IMG/VR virus record: IMGVR_UViG_3300025648_000012
Location: 1 to 64,000 of that record
Origin: a virus
DNA: 64,000 nt
Reading direction: 5' to 3' (one strand)
Positions 19,248-29,089 of this stretch are shown piece after piece. Numbering within the stretch: the first letter of the stretch is position 1; each line of letters opens with the position of its first letter. Below the pieces are notes generated by a model. That model had not been told where the DNA came from. It was given only the letters and a program-made list of their open reading frames with translations, and ran no database searches. The position numbers were made by a program, and so were the translations under genes.

Positions 19248-19979
19248 TTAGAACTCTTGCCTAATTGAAACGTTGTAAGTGTAAGGGTTCCATATCGGTG
19301 GGTATTGAGAAGGGAATACATTTACTTGCCCCTGTCCCTGAATATCATTTCTGTAAATTGAAAACGCTAAAGTTGTTTTATTGATTGTGTATCCTGTACC
19401 AATAAAAGGGTACACATTTAACTGAACTGGTGAGTTAACGTAAACATCGGCTCTTGCGCAAGTAGCACATGCTTCCCACCCATATACACGCATTTTCCAC
19501 TGAGTTCTGTAGACGTAAACTCCAAGCTCTACAAACACATCCCCTGGGCCAAGTTTCCAGCTTGGAAGAACTGAACCGTAAATTCCTTGCACAGAACCAG
19601 AACCAATCCACCTGGATAATGGCCAACAAGGCCCATTGCAAGCATGAGTACTGGTATTGTAATTAGCATCACTTGGTGTTGCTAGGGCGTCAGAATATAC
19701 ATGCCCCAAGTACTCATAACCAAGTCTCCACTTCAATCCATCTACATATCGGTATTTGCTACTAAATTTATCCGTTATTCCAAACCCACCACTACCAGAT
19801 TTCATATTTAGTGAGTGTGGAAATCCCTCCTGATACCAAATACCGTTAGCTGTTGGCGTAAACTTGCTTTCTCCCAAACTAAGCTCAAAGTTTGTGGCAT
19901 TTGTAGCAACATTACATAATAGTAAAGTAGAGATTGCTAGGTTTTTAATTGTGATTATGGCTAGGTTTTTCTTTTTCAT
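19248..19979 (-). CDS. Outer-membrane beta-barrel-like protein
   Basis: Signal peptide, amphipathic strands (WRLGYEYLG, FVELGVYVY, IGTGYTI), C-terminal YNVSIRQEF beta-signal. Confidence 0.65.
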   Translation of the reverse strand: MKKKNLAIITIKNLAISTLLLCNVATNATNFELSLGESKFTPTANGIWYQEGFPHSLNMKSGSGGFGITDKFSSKYRYVDGLKWRLGYEYLGHVYSDALATPSDANYNTSTHACNGPCWPLSRWIGSGSVQGIYGSVLPSWKLGPGDVFVELGVYVYRTQWKMRVYGWEACATCARADVYVNSPVQLNVYPFIGTGYTINKTTLAFSIYRNDIQGQGQVNVFPSQYPPIWNPYTYNVSIRQEF

Positions 19980-20880
19980 TATTTTTGCATTAACTCATCA
20001 TTACGTAATGCAGATTCTACTCCATATCTTTCTAGCATAGTTGCTTTTTTCTTGGCAACTACCTCAGGATTACTGGAAGGGGACCTATATCCAGTCCTTT
20101 CTTCGTACTTTTTCCTTGAGTTTTCCCTTAATTCCTTTGAAGACCAATTATGCTCTACTCCATAGTGACGCAAGATAGAAGACTTTCTTTTAGCTACTAC
20201 CTTTGGATCGTGTGCTGGACTTTTGTATCCTGTCCGTATCTCATATGTAGTATTGCTTCTTCTACTAACTAATGAATTCTGCATAGGGTGTTCTACCCCA
20301 TATTTCTTCAAATTAGTAATCTTTCTTGCCTTCTTTACTTCTGGATTTTGTCCAGGATTTTCATATCCTGTTTTTTCTAAATAAGCAGCTTTAGACTTTT
20401 TGTTTCTCGTTTCCCAGTCTATAGTTTTAGCTGTTTCCCTTACTTTTTCTCTACCTTCACGGGATTCTGTGTAGGTTTTAGCTCCGTACCTTTCTAAACA
20501 AGTCTTACGCCTTTTGGCCTGAACTTTAGGATTGGAATTAGGACACTCGTATCCATACTTTTCTAAAAAAGTTCTTTTAGCTTTCTTAACACCTAATTCT
20601 TTGCATATACGAAAAGCTTTGTTTGGGTATTTTCTTTACAGTTATTACATACATACTTTTGAGCAACAAATCCATTGCATATTCTACAACGGTCTTCTTT
20701 TGCAACTGTTTTTATTGCCTTATTAAAAGCACAAGTTGGAAAATCCTTTACTAATCTGGATAATAATTTGGCGTACTTAGTCTTGAGTATTTCTTTAAGT
20801 CTATTATATCCCGCATTTCCACCTGGGTTTTTACTTTCTAACCTTTTAAGTATGCCAATATCTTTCTCTGTTAACTTCAT
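19979..20880 (-). pseudogene. Homing-endonuclease-associated KYGVE-repeat protein, frameshifted near 20631, no nuclease domain seen
   Basis: CxxC..CxxC N-terminal part; one extra A in the GAAAA run joins it to repeats EKYGYECPNSNPKV, KKYGVEHPMQN, RHYGVEHNW, ERYGVES. Confidence 0.65.
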
Positions 20881-20964
20881 TGAAGGGGTACTCCAGATTG
20901 TTAGGTAGAGAATCTAAAACTCCCTACCTAAAATTGTTCTGTAATACCCCTATTTACAGATTAC

Positions 20965-22926
20965 TTAAGCATTCAGCGTACTCAATACCTCAGTGAGTGA
21001 AACACCTTGCTTACTAATTGCCACAGTTACTTGGATTTGATTTATCGGAATCTCAGGAATGATTACTACATTGATACCCAAAATTCCAGCATTTACTGCA
21101 GCTGGAGGATTATTAGCTGCATCAATTTCGCAAACACCATAGGAAATCATGTTTGCATTAACTTGTGCTGTAAGGTACGTGTTAATTGCGTTAGTTAATG
21201 CTCTTTGAAAGGCAACTGTTGGGGTCTCTTGTAAGCCATATTGCAAGTATCGGTACAAAGCAGTTTTAATTACATTAACTGCTCTTCTTACAGATAACCA
21301 AGACAATGCAGAAGTATTGCCTGATAAAGTCTGCTGTTCCCACAATGCAATACCCTGACCTACGAAATTCAATACATAGTTAACTTGAGCTGAATGTAGC
21401 AAGTTAGCATCTGTGGTTCCATTGTAGTAAATACGTGGTTTTAAGCACTTTGGCAGCTGTCCTCTATTTAATCCAGCAGTGGAGTATCCGGGGTTAAGAG
21501 AAGCATCAGTGTGAGCCAATAATGCTCCGATTGTTCCCACTAAAGGTACATAGAGTTGTTGGTTAGTTATTGAATCTGCCTCTAACTGGTCAGGTGAAAA
21601 CAAAGCACTCCAGGTTGAATTAAGGTTCAATGTAATGTTTCTATAGTCTGCTGCTGACTGTGCAGTTAGCTGAGAAGTAGCTGGAACTGACAACAAACTG
21701 CAAGTATCTAGCCTACTTTGTGCCAAGGCGTCGAATCCTTTACCGGAAACAGCATCGCCCAATCCTGAATCCATGAGGATATTGACGGCGTATAGTTGAA
21801 AATTGGAGAATACTTGCATTGCAGTAACTATTTGAGCAGAAGTAGGTGCTGAACCGGAACTACCTACACCCAGTGCAATAGTTGCTTGTGTTCCCACTGC
21901 TGGAGGAGAGCTCAATGCGGCTGCATTAGAAATGCAATTAACATATTGAGAAAACCCATTAAGGTTAGCGGCAATTTCTGTTTGCATACCAGAAGATGAT
22001 ACTCCTTGGTACAATGTACAAGTAAATTGCTCCAAAGGAGTCGAAGTGGAGACTTGGTTATTGTAGATATTTACTTGAAACGCTGCATTTGACCCCATTG
22101 CAGCTGCTGCTTGAGCTGCAGTTAACGGCAGAACTGTGGACGATGGCACATTAGTTGAAGAAACGTCAAGATAAGATGTAGTTGAAGCTCCGACAGTTGC
22201 AATCAACCCCAAAGAACCAGCTGCTCTACCATAGATGTTGTAGCCTATTGCATTTGGTACTAAACTCCACTGAATTTGAGGAGCAACGTTAGCTGAAATA
22301 CTTACATTGCTAGCTGTAGAAGCAGCACCCACTAAATTACCAGGGAATACGGCAGCAACTTGATAAGAATAAGAACCAGCAATCAGGTTAGATGCAGAGG
22401 TCGAAGAGGTAGCGGAAGTTCCAGCCGGTATTAAAGCACTATAGGAGGTAATCCCAATTGAATAGGTTGAACTGTAGCTTCCAGGACCAAAATTTGGGTA
22501 AATTAAAGCAACAGCTGTTCCCGTTACCCCTGCGGTAGTAAGTAGCCCAGTCCAGTTAGTTACTGGATTTTGTTGGGGGTCAGGAGTAACTACTGGAACG
22601 GAAAGAATCTGAGTTCCACCAGCGTTAAGATACAGCAAATAAGCACCAGTGTTATTACCTGTACCCGGTACACGTAAACACCACATTCCAGCCCCACCCA
22701 GCAAAAAGTCTTGAGCAGCATAGCCACTCATTGATACGGTAGGATTTGGGTTACCGTACATTGCAAGGTATTGAGACCAACCCGAAACGTAATAAGGAAT
22801 GGATTGTCCTTGACCTGAAATTACAGGCAAGCAACCAGTTGAAGACAAACTTGATATAATGTAAGCGCTTAAGTTTACTTCTGTCTCGTAAACTCCAGCA
22901 GCTCTACTTACTAATTGGATTCCCAT
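20965..22926 (-). CDS. Tail sheath protein with inserted FN3/Ig-like segment
   Basis: AAGVYETEVNLS start, AGLNRG, WEQQTL, WLSVRR, NNPPAAVNAG; insertion YSYQVAAV..WSLVPNAIGYNIY. Confidence 0.88.
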   Translation of the reverse strand: MGIQLVSRAAGVYETEVNLSAYIISSLSSTGCLPVISGQGQSIPYYVSGWSQYLAMYGNPNPTVSMSGYAAQDFLLGGAGMWCLRVPGTGNNTGAYLLYLNAGGTQILSVPVVTPDPQQNPVTNWTGLLTTAGVTGTAVALIYPNFGPGSYSSTYSIGITSYSALIPAGTSATSSTSASNLIAGSYSYQVAAVFPGNLVGAASTASNVSISANVAPQIQWSLVPNAIGYNIYGRAAGSLGLIATVGASTTSYLDVSSTNVPSSTVLPLTAAQAAAAMGSNAAFQVNIYNNQVSTSTPLEQFTCTLYQGVSSSGMQTEIAANLNGFSQYVNCISNAAALSSPPAVGTQATIALGVGSSGSAPTSAQIVTAMQVFSNFQLYAVNILMDSGLGDAVSGKGFDALAQSRLDTCSLLSVPATSQLTAQSAADYRNITLNLNSTWSALFSPDQLEADSITNQQLYVPLVGTIGALLAHTDASLNPGYSTAGLNRGQLPKCLKPRIYYNGTTDANLLHSAQVNYVLNFVGQGIALWEQQTLSGNTSALSWLSVRRAVNVIKTALYRYLQYGLQETPTVAFQRALTNAINTYLTAQVNANMISYGVCEIDAANNPPAAVNAGILGINVVIIPEIPINQIQVTVAISKQGVSLTEVLSTLNA

Positions 22927-22961
22927 GAGTAATTAACTCCTTTTGAATTTTACTTGGTTTC

Positions 22962-23216
22962 TTAGCCTTCTGTACTTGAAGATTGCGCTGGGGCCGAATA
23001 GGAACTAGAAGTTCCAGTTAATGCTACGTATTTAGATCCATCATCATTAAACAAGTAAATGTTAGGGTTCTGTAAAAGGAATCCTGGATCTGGAGTGTGG
23101 GCGGAATCTAACTTTGCTCTACCACCAGCAGCCAAGTAGATGTAATGCTTGGTGGAGTCACCCTCTATAATAATTGGTACATTGATTGGGTGGGGGTATC
23201 CGTTTGATATCTTCAT
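22962..23216 (-). CDS. Hypothetical virion protein
   Basis: AAGGAG RBS, structural operon. Confidence 0.6.
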   Translation of the reverse strand: MKISNGYPHPINVPIIIEGDSTKHYIYLAAGGRAKLDSAHTPDPGFLLQNPNIYLFNDDGSKYVALTGTSSSYSAPAQSSSTEG

Positions 23217-23231
23217 TGAACTACTCCTTTA

Positions 23232-23444
23232 TTAGTGTGCTTCTACGTTTACAACTTTTGCTTTTCCTTTTGGATTTACTTTAATACCTTTTTCTTGTTT
23301 TACTGAGGGTTTTTCCCCTGAAGGTTTAGTTCCTTTAGCATATTTGGAATTAGGATGATCCTTAATGTAGTTTTCTTGTTCTTCTCTACTCCAGTTAGAA
23401 AACCAATCATTTGCTGCTTCTACGTAATGTGCTGTGAGTTTCAT
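23232..23444 (-). CDS. MKLTAHY-leader protein
   Basis: Leader plus WSREEQENYIKDHPNSKYAK. Confidence 0.7.
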   Translation of the reverse strand: MKLTAHYVEAANDWFSNWSREEQENYIKDHPNSKYAKGTKPSGEKPSVKQEKGIKVNPKGKAKVVNVEAH

Positions 23445-23453
23445 TTTTACCTC

Positions 23454-24068
23454 TTAAAATATGGTTGATGGTGAATTTGTTACTGTAACCCCTACTTGAG
23501 AGGATAGTTTAATATCTGAAACTGCTCCTTCCGTATCTAATTCTCCATCACTCATATACCCATTAACTGTTATCGTAGCCTGTACAGTGTATATAGGTTC
23601 AGATTCTGTTACATTGGTACGTTGTTGAATAGGAACAGAATCGTCACTCATGTAAGAAATACCAATTTTTTGTGACCCATATTGTATGGAGAAAGTTAAT
23701 TGCTTTCTAACCATGTTTAGCATGTAAGTACGCACAAAATTACGCATTTCGTTTGCATCGTTTGATACGAAAGTTACTTGAACTGCAAACTTTACTGGAA
23801 TAATAAAGGCTGTAAGGTACTGATTTCCAGTTTCTGCTCTCTTAATGGTTATGCCCGACCTTATGAAAGGAACGCCATAAGAATCGCCATTATACTGGTA
23901 ACTCAAAATTTCTAACCCAATAAACGGGTAAGAAATTGCACCATACATTTTTTCTATGGTTCGAGTAAGATCAGTACCTGTAGCCCATACTACTTTGCAC
24001 TTAAATTGTTGCACGATTTGCTTTTCAAAGCCTGCCATGCAGTATACATCTATTGGCTCAATTTTCAT
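23454..24068 (-). CDS. Putative tail terminator / neck protein
   Basis: Position upstream of the sheath; YPFIG..IPVKFAVQVTF..ITVNGY beta pattern. Confidence 0.5.
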   Translation of the reverse strand: MKIEPIDVYCMAGFEKQIVQQFKCKVVWATGTDLTRTIEKMYGAISYPFIGLEILSYQYNGDSYGVPFIRSGITIKRAETGNQYLTAFIIPVKFAVQVTFVSNDANEMRNFVRTYMLNMVRKQLTFSIQYGSQKIGISYMSDDSVPIQQRTNVTESEPIYTVQATITVNGYMSDGELDTEGAVSDIKLSSQVGVTVTNSPSTIF

Positions 24069-24412
24069 TTAGCTTTACGTTTCAAAAGAGCGGACTTAGC
24101 TGCAAATTTAACATTATGATTCAAATCCTTAGCTAGCATTTCCAATGTAGACAATGGAGTGTTTGGATGCTTTGCTACGTCTTCCTTAACACTAGCGTAC
24201 GCACTCTTAGATAAAATTTCTAATGCAGATGGTGGAGTTTTAGGATTTTTTGCTAATGCCTCTCTAATACTCAGCTCCATTCCCTTAGCTAGCATTTCAA
24301 GTACGCCAACGGGAGTTTTTTGGCTCTTCGCCATTTTTATCTTTTCTTCTCTAACAGATTTAGAAAGCCAATCATCTGCTGCTTCTACGTAGTGTGCTGT
24401 AAGTTTCATCAA
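24065..24412 (-). CDS. MKLTAHY-leader protein with LRV/HEAT-like repeats
   Basis: Leader; repeats of A.NPxTP..LE.LAK. Confidence 0.75.
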   Translation of the reverse strand: MMKLTAHYVEAADDWLSKSVREEKIKMAKSQKTPVGVLEMLAKGMELSIREALAKNPKTPPSALEILSKSAYASVKEDVAKHPNTPLSTLEMLAKDLNHNVKFAAKSALLKRKAK

Positions 24413-24442
24413 GTAGCTCCTTATCTAGAGTTGTTGTGAGTT

Positions 24443-25066
24443 TTATTTAAGCACATTTGCTGCAACGGCTAAATCGTCAATTAACAGTTCTTGGTCTTGC
24501 GGGGTTTCAGTAGTTCCATCATTTACTGTTAACTTGTAAACATGGTTTTGTTTATCTGGAGTACCGTCAACATAGGTCTCTTGCATTTTGTTAGTACCCA
24601 AAGCATTATTTTCTTCTTCACCAGAGATATCTACACCGTCTTTTTCAATATCCCCTTTTTCTTTGTTCAATTCCCCGTCGTCTAAAAAAGCTTGAACAAA
24701 CTCGGGTTTTTCTATTACTCCACCAAGAATGGCTTTAACATCGTCCAACGATAATCCAATGGACACTCCCAAGGCTTCCAGTTGTCCCTCTGTTGGGTTA
24801 CCAATAATTTCTTTGAACTCATGAATAAAGGCTCGTATATCATCAGTAACAGAGGGAGGTTCAACATAAGTTCCAGCCAGAATAGATGCCATTACTTTGT
24901 AAATTCCAGCATTTTCGTCTGGTGAAAATATGCCATTGCCAGAAGTTTGTGCATCTTTACGCAACAAGTTGTTTAGCTCTGTTGAATCATTCCAATCCAC
25001 TAATACACTTTGTTGCCCTATATCTTCTTGCATTGGGTATTTATTAAGTAGTTCATTACTTTGCAT
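24443..25066 (-). CDS. Acidic virion protein
   Basis: AAGGAG RBS, structural operon. Confidence 0.6.
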   Translation of the reverse strand: MQSNELLNKYPMQEDIGQQSVLVDWNDSTELNNLLRKDAQTSGNGIFSPDENAGIYKVMASILAGTYVEPPSVTDDIRAFIHEFKEIIGNPTEGQLEALGVSIGLSLDDVKAILGGVIEKPEFVQAFLDDGELNKEKGDIEKDGVDISGEEENNALGTNKMQETYVDGTPDKQNHVYKLTVNDGTTETPQDQELLIDDLAVAANVLK

Positions 25067-25088
25067 TTTGTACTCCTTAATTACTTAA

Positions 25089-25829
25089 TTAAGCAATGGC
25101 TAAACCTTCAATTTGCTTAATTACTAAGGCTAGATATTCAGGATCGTAAGAATAGAGCTGTTTATAATATTCAATGGCAGATTTGCGTCCAAGTCCCCCC
25201 AAAGCGGCAGTAACGGCTTTATTCGCTTCTGCCGTAATCTCAACCTTGGTAGTAGCAACAATAGCTTCATTGTTTACTGATAGTTTATCGTTACGGAGTT
25301 TAGAAACCACAGTTGTGGTAGTTTCATCTGAAGCAACTACAAATCCGCAGTCCATGTCTCCTTGGGTATCCACAAACGCGCAGACTGAAAACTTTTCAGG
25401 AATTTCTGAAGTAACAGCAGTTAATCTTGCAACATCATTTCTTGGGTAATGGACGGATGCCAACAGGGCGGTAAGGTCAGTGTCTCCGTGGCGAACAAGG
25501 CATTTTTGACCTGCATGAACTTGAACATCCCACAATGTCTTATCATTGTTATCCATGAGAATGTTATGTCCAAGAACACGGTAATTTGCAGAAATTTGCT
25601 GTTTTGAAGGTACACGGATTTCGTTATTGGCTTTAACATAGCCTACAGCAATACCCGGAGAAAGGGAAACAAAGCTGTTCTTAACAGCAGCACCCAAGTA
25701 TTGCATTTTTTCGCCTACAGCAGATTGGAATTGTTCTTTGGTGAATTGGCCGGTATAAGATACGATGACTTTAGCCACAGATTTAGAAATTGGCTTATAG
25801 TCAGTAATTTGAAGAGTTCTTAATGACAT
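25089..25829 (-). CDS. Virion structural protein
   Basis: Structural operon; highly expressed-type codon usage. Confidence 0.6.
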   Translation of the reverse strand: MSLRTLQITDYKPISKSVAKVIVSYTGQFTKEQFQSAVGEKMQYLGAAVKNSFVSLSPGIAVGYVKANNEIRVPSKQQISANYRVLGHNILMDNNDKTLWDVQVHAGQKCLVRHGDTDLTALLASVHYPRNDVARLTAVTSEIPEKFSVCAFVDTQGDMDCGFVVASDETTTTVVSKLRNDKLSVNNEAIVATTKVEITAEANKAVTAALGGLGRKSAIEYYKQLYSYDPEYLALVIKQIEGLAIA

Positions 25830-25892
25830 TTTGTGTCTCCGCTAGTCTTTGTTGCGTTGAAGGAGTAGTACTTATGAATTTAGTTAGTAGTT

Positions 25893-26192
25893 TTATTTAG
25901 TGCTATGAATAGCAGACTTACTAGTTTCTATTAAATTAAGATTACTAATAAATATTTTTTCGAGTTCAGACTTAATTTTTGAAATTTTTACTTTAGGTTC
26001 TAAAACAGACTCCAAAGAATTTTTAAGTTTAGTAACAGAATCTCCCATAGTTTTTGCTTTGCTTTTAAGATCCTCTAAGCCAACTACTACATTTTGTAGT
26101 TCTTTATCTTCCTTATCTACTGGTAGAGTACCATTATTGGTAAACTCATCTTGTGGATTGCTAGAAATTATGTAATGTGCTGTGAGTTTCAT
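25893..26192 (-). CDS. MKLTAHY-leader coiled-coil protein
   Basis: Leader MKLTAHYIISS. Confidence 0.7.
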   Translation of the reverse strand: MKLTAHYIISSNPQDEFTNNGTLPVDKEDKELQNVVVGLEDLKSKAKTMGDSVTKLKNSLESVLEPKVKISKIKSELEKIFISNLNLIETSKSAIHSTK

Positions 26193-26203
26193 CTTTTTAA
26201 GCC

Positions 26204-26728
26204 CTAGAAGGTTGTACCATCAGACAGGTAATCAAAGCTCCAAGTTACTTCCATATCAATAATAGTGGCAGCTTCCATACCAGAGAAGTCATACGCACCT
26301 AGGGATGTTGGAAATACTCCAATGAATTTTACTGTTTGTCCAATGGTAACTAAATCAGCTCCATACATATCCAATTCTAAAGTAGCCTTGTAATTGGAAG
26401 ATAAGGCTCCTGTATTATTTTTCCAAGAGCGGGCTAAATCTCTCCAAGCCCGTAGAGCTTGGAACGTAGTGTAATCAATAGTTTCCAGGAATTTGGTAGT
26501 AAAAGTAGGGCTTTGGTAAGTCGCTCTTCCAGCTTCATGCTTCCTTATTCCAGCTAATTCTACAGGAATTTGTTCCAAGTCAGAAGTAGGTAGTTGAGTA
26601 GCGCGAACTTTTGTTCTTAAAGCGGCATTGTCTCCACCACCAGGAATTGCTGGGATGATTAGATCAAAAAACCACGATTGGCTTACATCCGGTAAACTAA
26701 AAAATTCTTGTGACGAAACACGTGGCAT
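26204..26728 (-). CDS. Tail tube protein
   Basis: gp19-like pattern: TQLP, AGR, FLET, WRD, GVFPT, VTWSFDY. Confidence 0.78.
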   Translation of the reverse strand: MPRVSSQEFFSLPDVSQSWFFDLIIPAIPGGGDNAALRTKVRATQLPTSDLEQIPVELAGIRKHEAGRATYQSPTFTTKFLETIDYTTFQALRAWRDLARSWKNNTGALSSNYKATLELDMYGADLVTIGQTVKFIGVFPTSLGAYDFSGMEAATIIDMEVTWSFDYLSDGTTF

Positions 26729-26781
26729 AGTGTTTGCTCCTTTGGTGTTCCATAATGTGTAGTAAACAGTACTTACCTTAA

Positions 26782-26818
26782 CAAAAGGGAAACCCTCTTT
26801 TGGAGAATTTCCCTTTTG
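26782..26818 (-). terminator. Intrinsic terminator after capsid genes
   Basis: CAAAAGGGAAA..TTTCCCTTTTG hairpin. Confidence 0.6.
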
Positions 26819-26844
26819 AGCTGTTGAATTTGTTACTCAACAGA

Positions 26845-27222
26845 TTACTTGGATTTTGATGCTTTCTTTGCTCTAACGTACTTCAAAGCTGCAGCAAGGG
26901 AAGCTGCCTCTTTTAGTTCTTCTTCACTGGGTTCTTCTTCCATAGACATTCCGTCGTCCATTTCTTCATCACCAGTTTCGTCAACACCTTCAGCGGCAGC
27001 TTCTTTCAAAAGTTCTGCCTTCTTGGGATCAACGAAGCCTTCGTCCATATCAAAGCCTTCGTCCGCAGTTGCATTAGAACGCTCAATGATATCACATGCT
27101 TCGCCTGCATCATCTTCTTCCGCAGCAGCTTTCAGGAATTTAGCGGCTAGTTTAAACTTTCCTTTTCTGGCAGCATTGATTGAGAATGCCGCCCATTGTA
27201 GAGATTTATTTGCCTTCTTCAT
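26845..27222 (-). CDS. Acidic head-associated protein
   Basis: Directly downstream of the capsid gene. Confidence 0.6.
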   Translation of the reverse strand: MKKANKSLQWAAFSINAARKGKFKLAAKFLKAAAEEDDAGEACDIIERSNATADEGFDMDEGFVDPKKAELLKEAAAEGVDETGDEEMDDGMSMEEEPSEEELKEAASLAAALKYVRAKKASKSK

Positions 27223-27290
27223 AGAAACTTACTCCTTAAAATAAAGTGTTAGGTTGAGATGTGAGTAGCTCAATTGAGCTACCCGCACTA

Positions 27291-28316
27291 TTAACGAATT
27301 CCCTTAGCAATGGAACGGCTATTGGAAATCGAAACTGCCCACAGTTCAGACATCATCCAACCACGGCCAGGTTTACCTTCAATAGCTTGGTCAATTGGGG
27401 AAGAGATAATGCCGCCACGGTCGGAATACGCACCATGATTAAGCGGGTCGGAAATAACAAAGAATTCCCCTTTGTTCAGCACTTTGTGTTCAGGATGACG
27501 GAAGGCGTCTGTAGTAATGGTCATGCCGTACATGATAGCCAACTCACCAGTGAGCAACAATTCATGGCGAGCAACTGGGTCAATGGCGTTATAAAAGTCT
27601 GACTGACCAGTAATATCTTGCCACAAGTCTGTTGCCATCAGGCAATGAGCGTGCTTAAGGCCCCAACGTGCAACTAATTGAGCAACCGAGGTCAAAATGT
27701 AAGGGGTAAGCAAACCACCACCAACTTGAGTAAGGGGGTTATCAACACCAACCAAAGCATTAGCCTGATTGTACCAAGATTTATCTTCTGCAACCATAAT
27801 AGCTTCTGTTGCTTCAACAAACTTTTCTTGCAAAACATCACCAGGGGAGCTAGCAAGCTCAACTTGAGTAATGAACGGGCGTGCAACCAATTCAAACTCA
27901 GGAGGAGTAAACCATTTATCCCGAGTGATTTGGGTTTCTACACGGGTTGGAGAGGTTGAAAAAGTTGCATATACGTTCTTTTGACGCAGAGGGAACCGTG
28001 GAATTCCACCATTAGCTACGGTATGCTTGGTCAAAAACTTACGTGCAAAACCAGTACGGGTTTCAGCCAAATAAAGTGCATCGGCAATCTTTTCGCCCAA
28101 TACACGGTGAACATCCTTGTCATTGAATGCGGCTTCTACATACTGACGGGATTGTTCGCTGGTCAAGTTCAAACGGTGTGCGTCATTTGCTTGCATGAAG
28201 CGTACTTGAGCTTGCAGCAAGTCTTTCTTGCTACTAGCGTTAATTTCACCATTTGCTCCAACCATCTTAGCCATTGTGGGGCTCAAAGACAATTTTGCTA
28301 GGTTAATTTCGTTCAT
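27291..28316 (-). CDS. Major capsid protein
   Basis: 341 aa; position after scaffold and decoration genes; biased codon usage; HK97-like cues (AIMVAEDK, GELAIMYGMTI). Confidence 0.78.
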   Translation of the reverse strand: MNEINLAKLSLSPTMAKMVGANGEINASSKKDLLQAQVRFMQANDAHRLNLTSEQSRQYVEAAFNDKDVHRVLGEKIADALYLAETRTGFARKFLTKHTVANGGIPRFPLRQKNVYATFSTSPTRVETQITRDKWFTPPEFELVARPFITQVELASSPGDVLQEKFVEATEAIMVAEDKSWYNQANALVGVDNPLTQVGGGLLTPYILTSVAQLVARWGLKHAHCLMATDLWQDITGQSDFYNAIDPVARHELLLTGELAIMYGMTITTDAFRHPEHKVLNKGEFFVISDPLNHGAYSDRGGIISSPIDQAIEGKPGRGWMMSELWAVSISNSRSIAKGIR

Positions 28317-28345
28317 ATTTAACTACTCCTTGTTATTGATTAGTA

Positions 28346-29062
28346 TTAGATGGTTGAAGTAAAGCGCAAACCAAGGAAAGGTAAGCCAGTATTCAGAGTA
28401 GATGCAGTATAGGGACTAACACCCGGAACTTGCACTACAGCTGCATTGATAGCAACACCAGTACCTGCCTGCGACGTAACAATACCAGAAGCTGCAAGTT
28501 TAATACCGGTAACTGCAGTCCAGTCCACAGAAGCATCGTAATTAGAGGTAAACACAACACCTCTACGAATAACGCCAATTTGGTTTACCAAAAGACCGGG
28601 GTAATTGCCAGGAATTTGATTACCTTGTTGAGCATATTGTTGAATAGCACTTTGAGCATAGCGGTACTGAATAACGATTGCATGGCCTGCTTGCCCAACT
28701 GCCAAGGTAAAGGTAGAACCAGAAAGAGTTGCACCACCTACAACCGAACCTGCAGTTTGGTCGTAAACAACAAACTGACCAGCAACTGGAGTGTTAGAAA
28801 CGGTAATAGTGTAAGGCGAAGAGCTTGGGCATGTAAACGGTTCTACGGCAGTTGCATATACATCCATAAAGGGAGCTGCGTGCAAGGATGCAACAGAAAA
28901 TCCTTCAAACAAGTCTGTAGCGGTACCGGATGAAGGCAAGCTTCCCAAGTATTCAGAACCACTGGTACGAACAACCGCTTGTCCTTCACTGGTAAACGTT
29001 GCGCCGGCTAGCACAGCGGTTTCGCCAGAGTCAATAGCTTTTGTTAGGGGAAAATAAATCAT
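28346..29062 (-). CDS. Head decoration / minor capsid protein
   Basis: Beta-rich, directly upstream of the capsid gene. Confidence 0.55.
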   Translation of the reverse strand: MIYFPLTKAIDSGETAVLAGATFTSEGQAVVRTSGSEYLGSLPSSGTATDLFEGFSVASLHAAPFMDVYATAVEPFTCPSSSPYTITVSNTPVAGQFVVYDQTAGSVVGGATLSGSTFTLAVGQAGHAIVIQYRYAQSAIQQYAQQGNQIPGNYPGLLVNQIGVIRRGVVFTSNYDASVDWTAVTGIKLAASGIVTSQAGTGVAINAAVVQVPGVSPYTASTLNTGLPFLGLRFTSTI

Positions 29063-29089
29063 CGTAAACTACTCCTTTGTTAGGTTAAA

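Noticed and set aside
20593-20880. MKLTEK as a member of the MKLTAHY family
   Set aside because: Only four residues match and it lacks the (A/S)(H/N)(Y/F) part.
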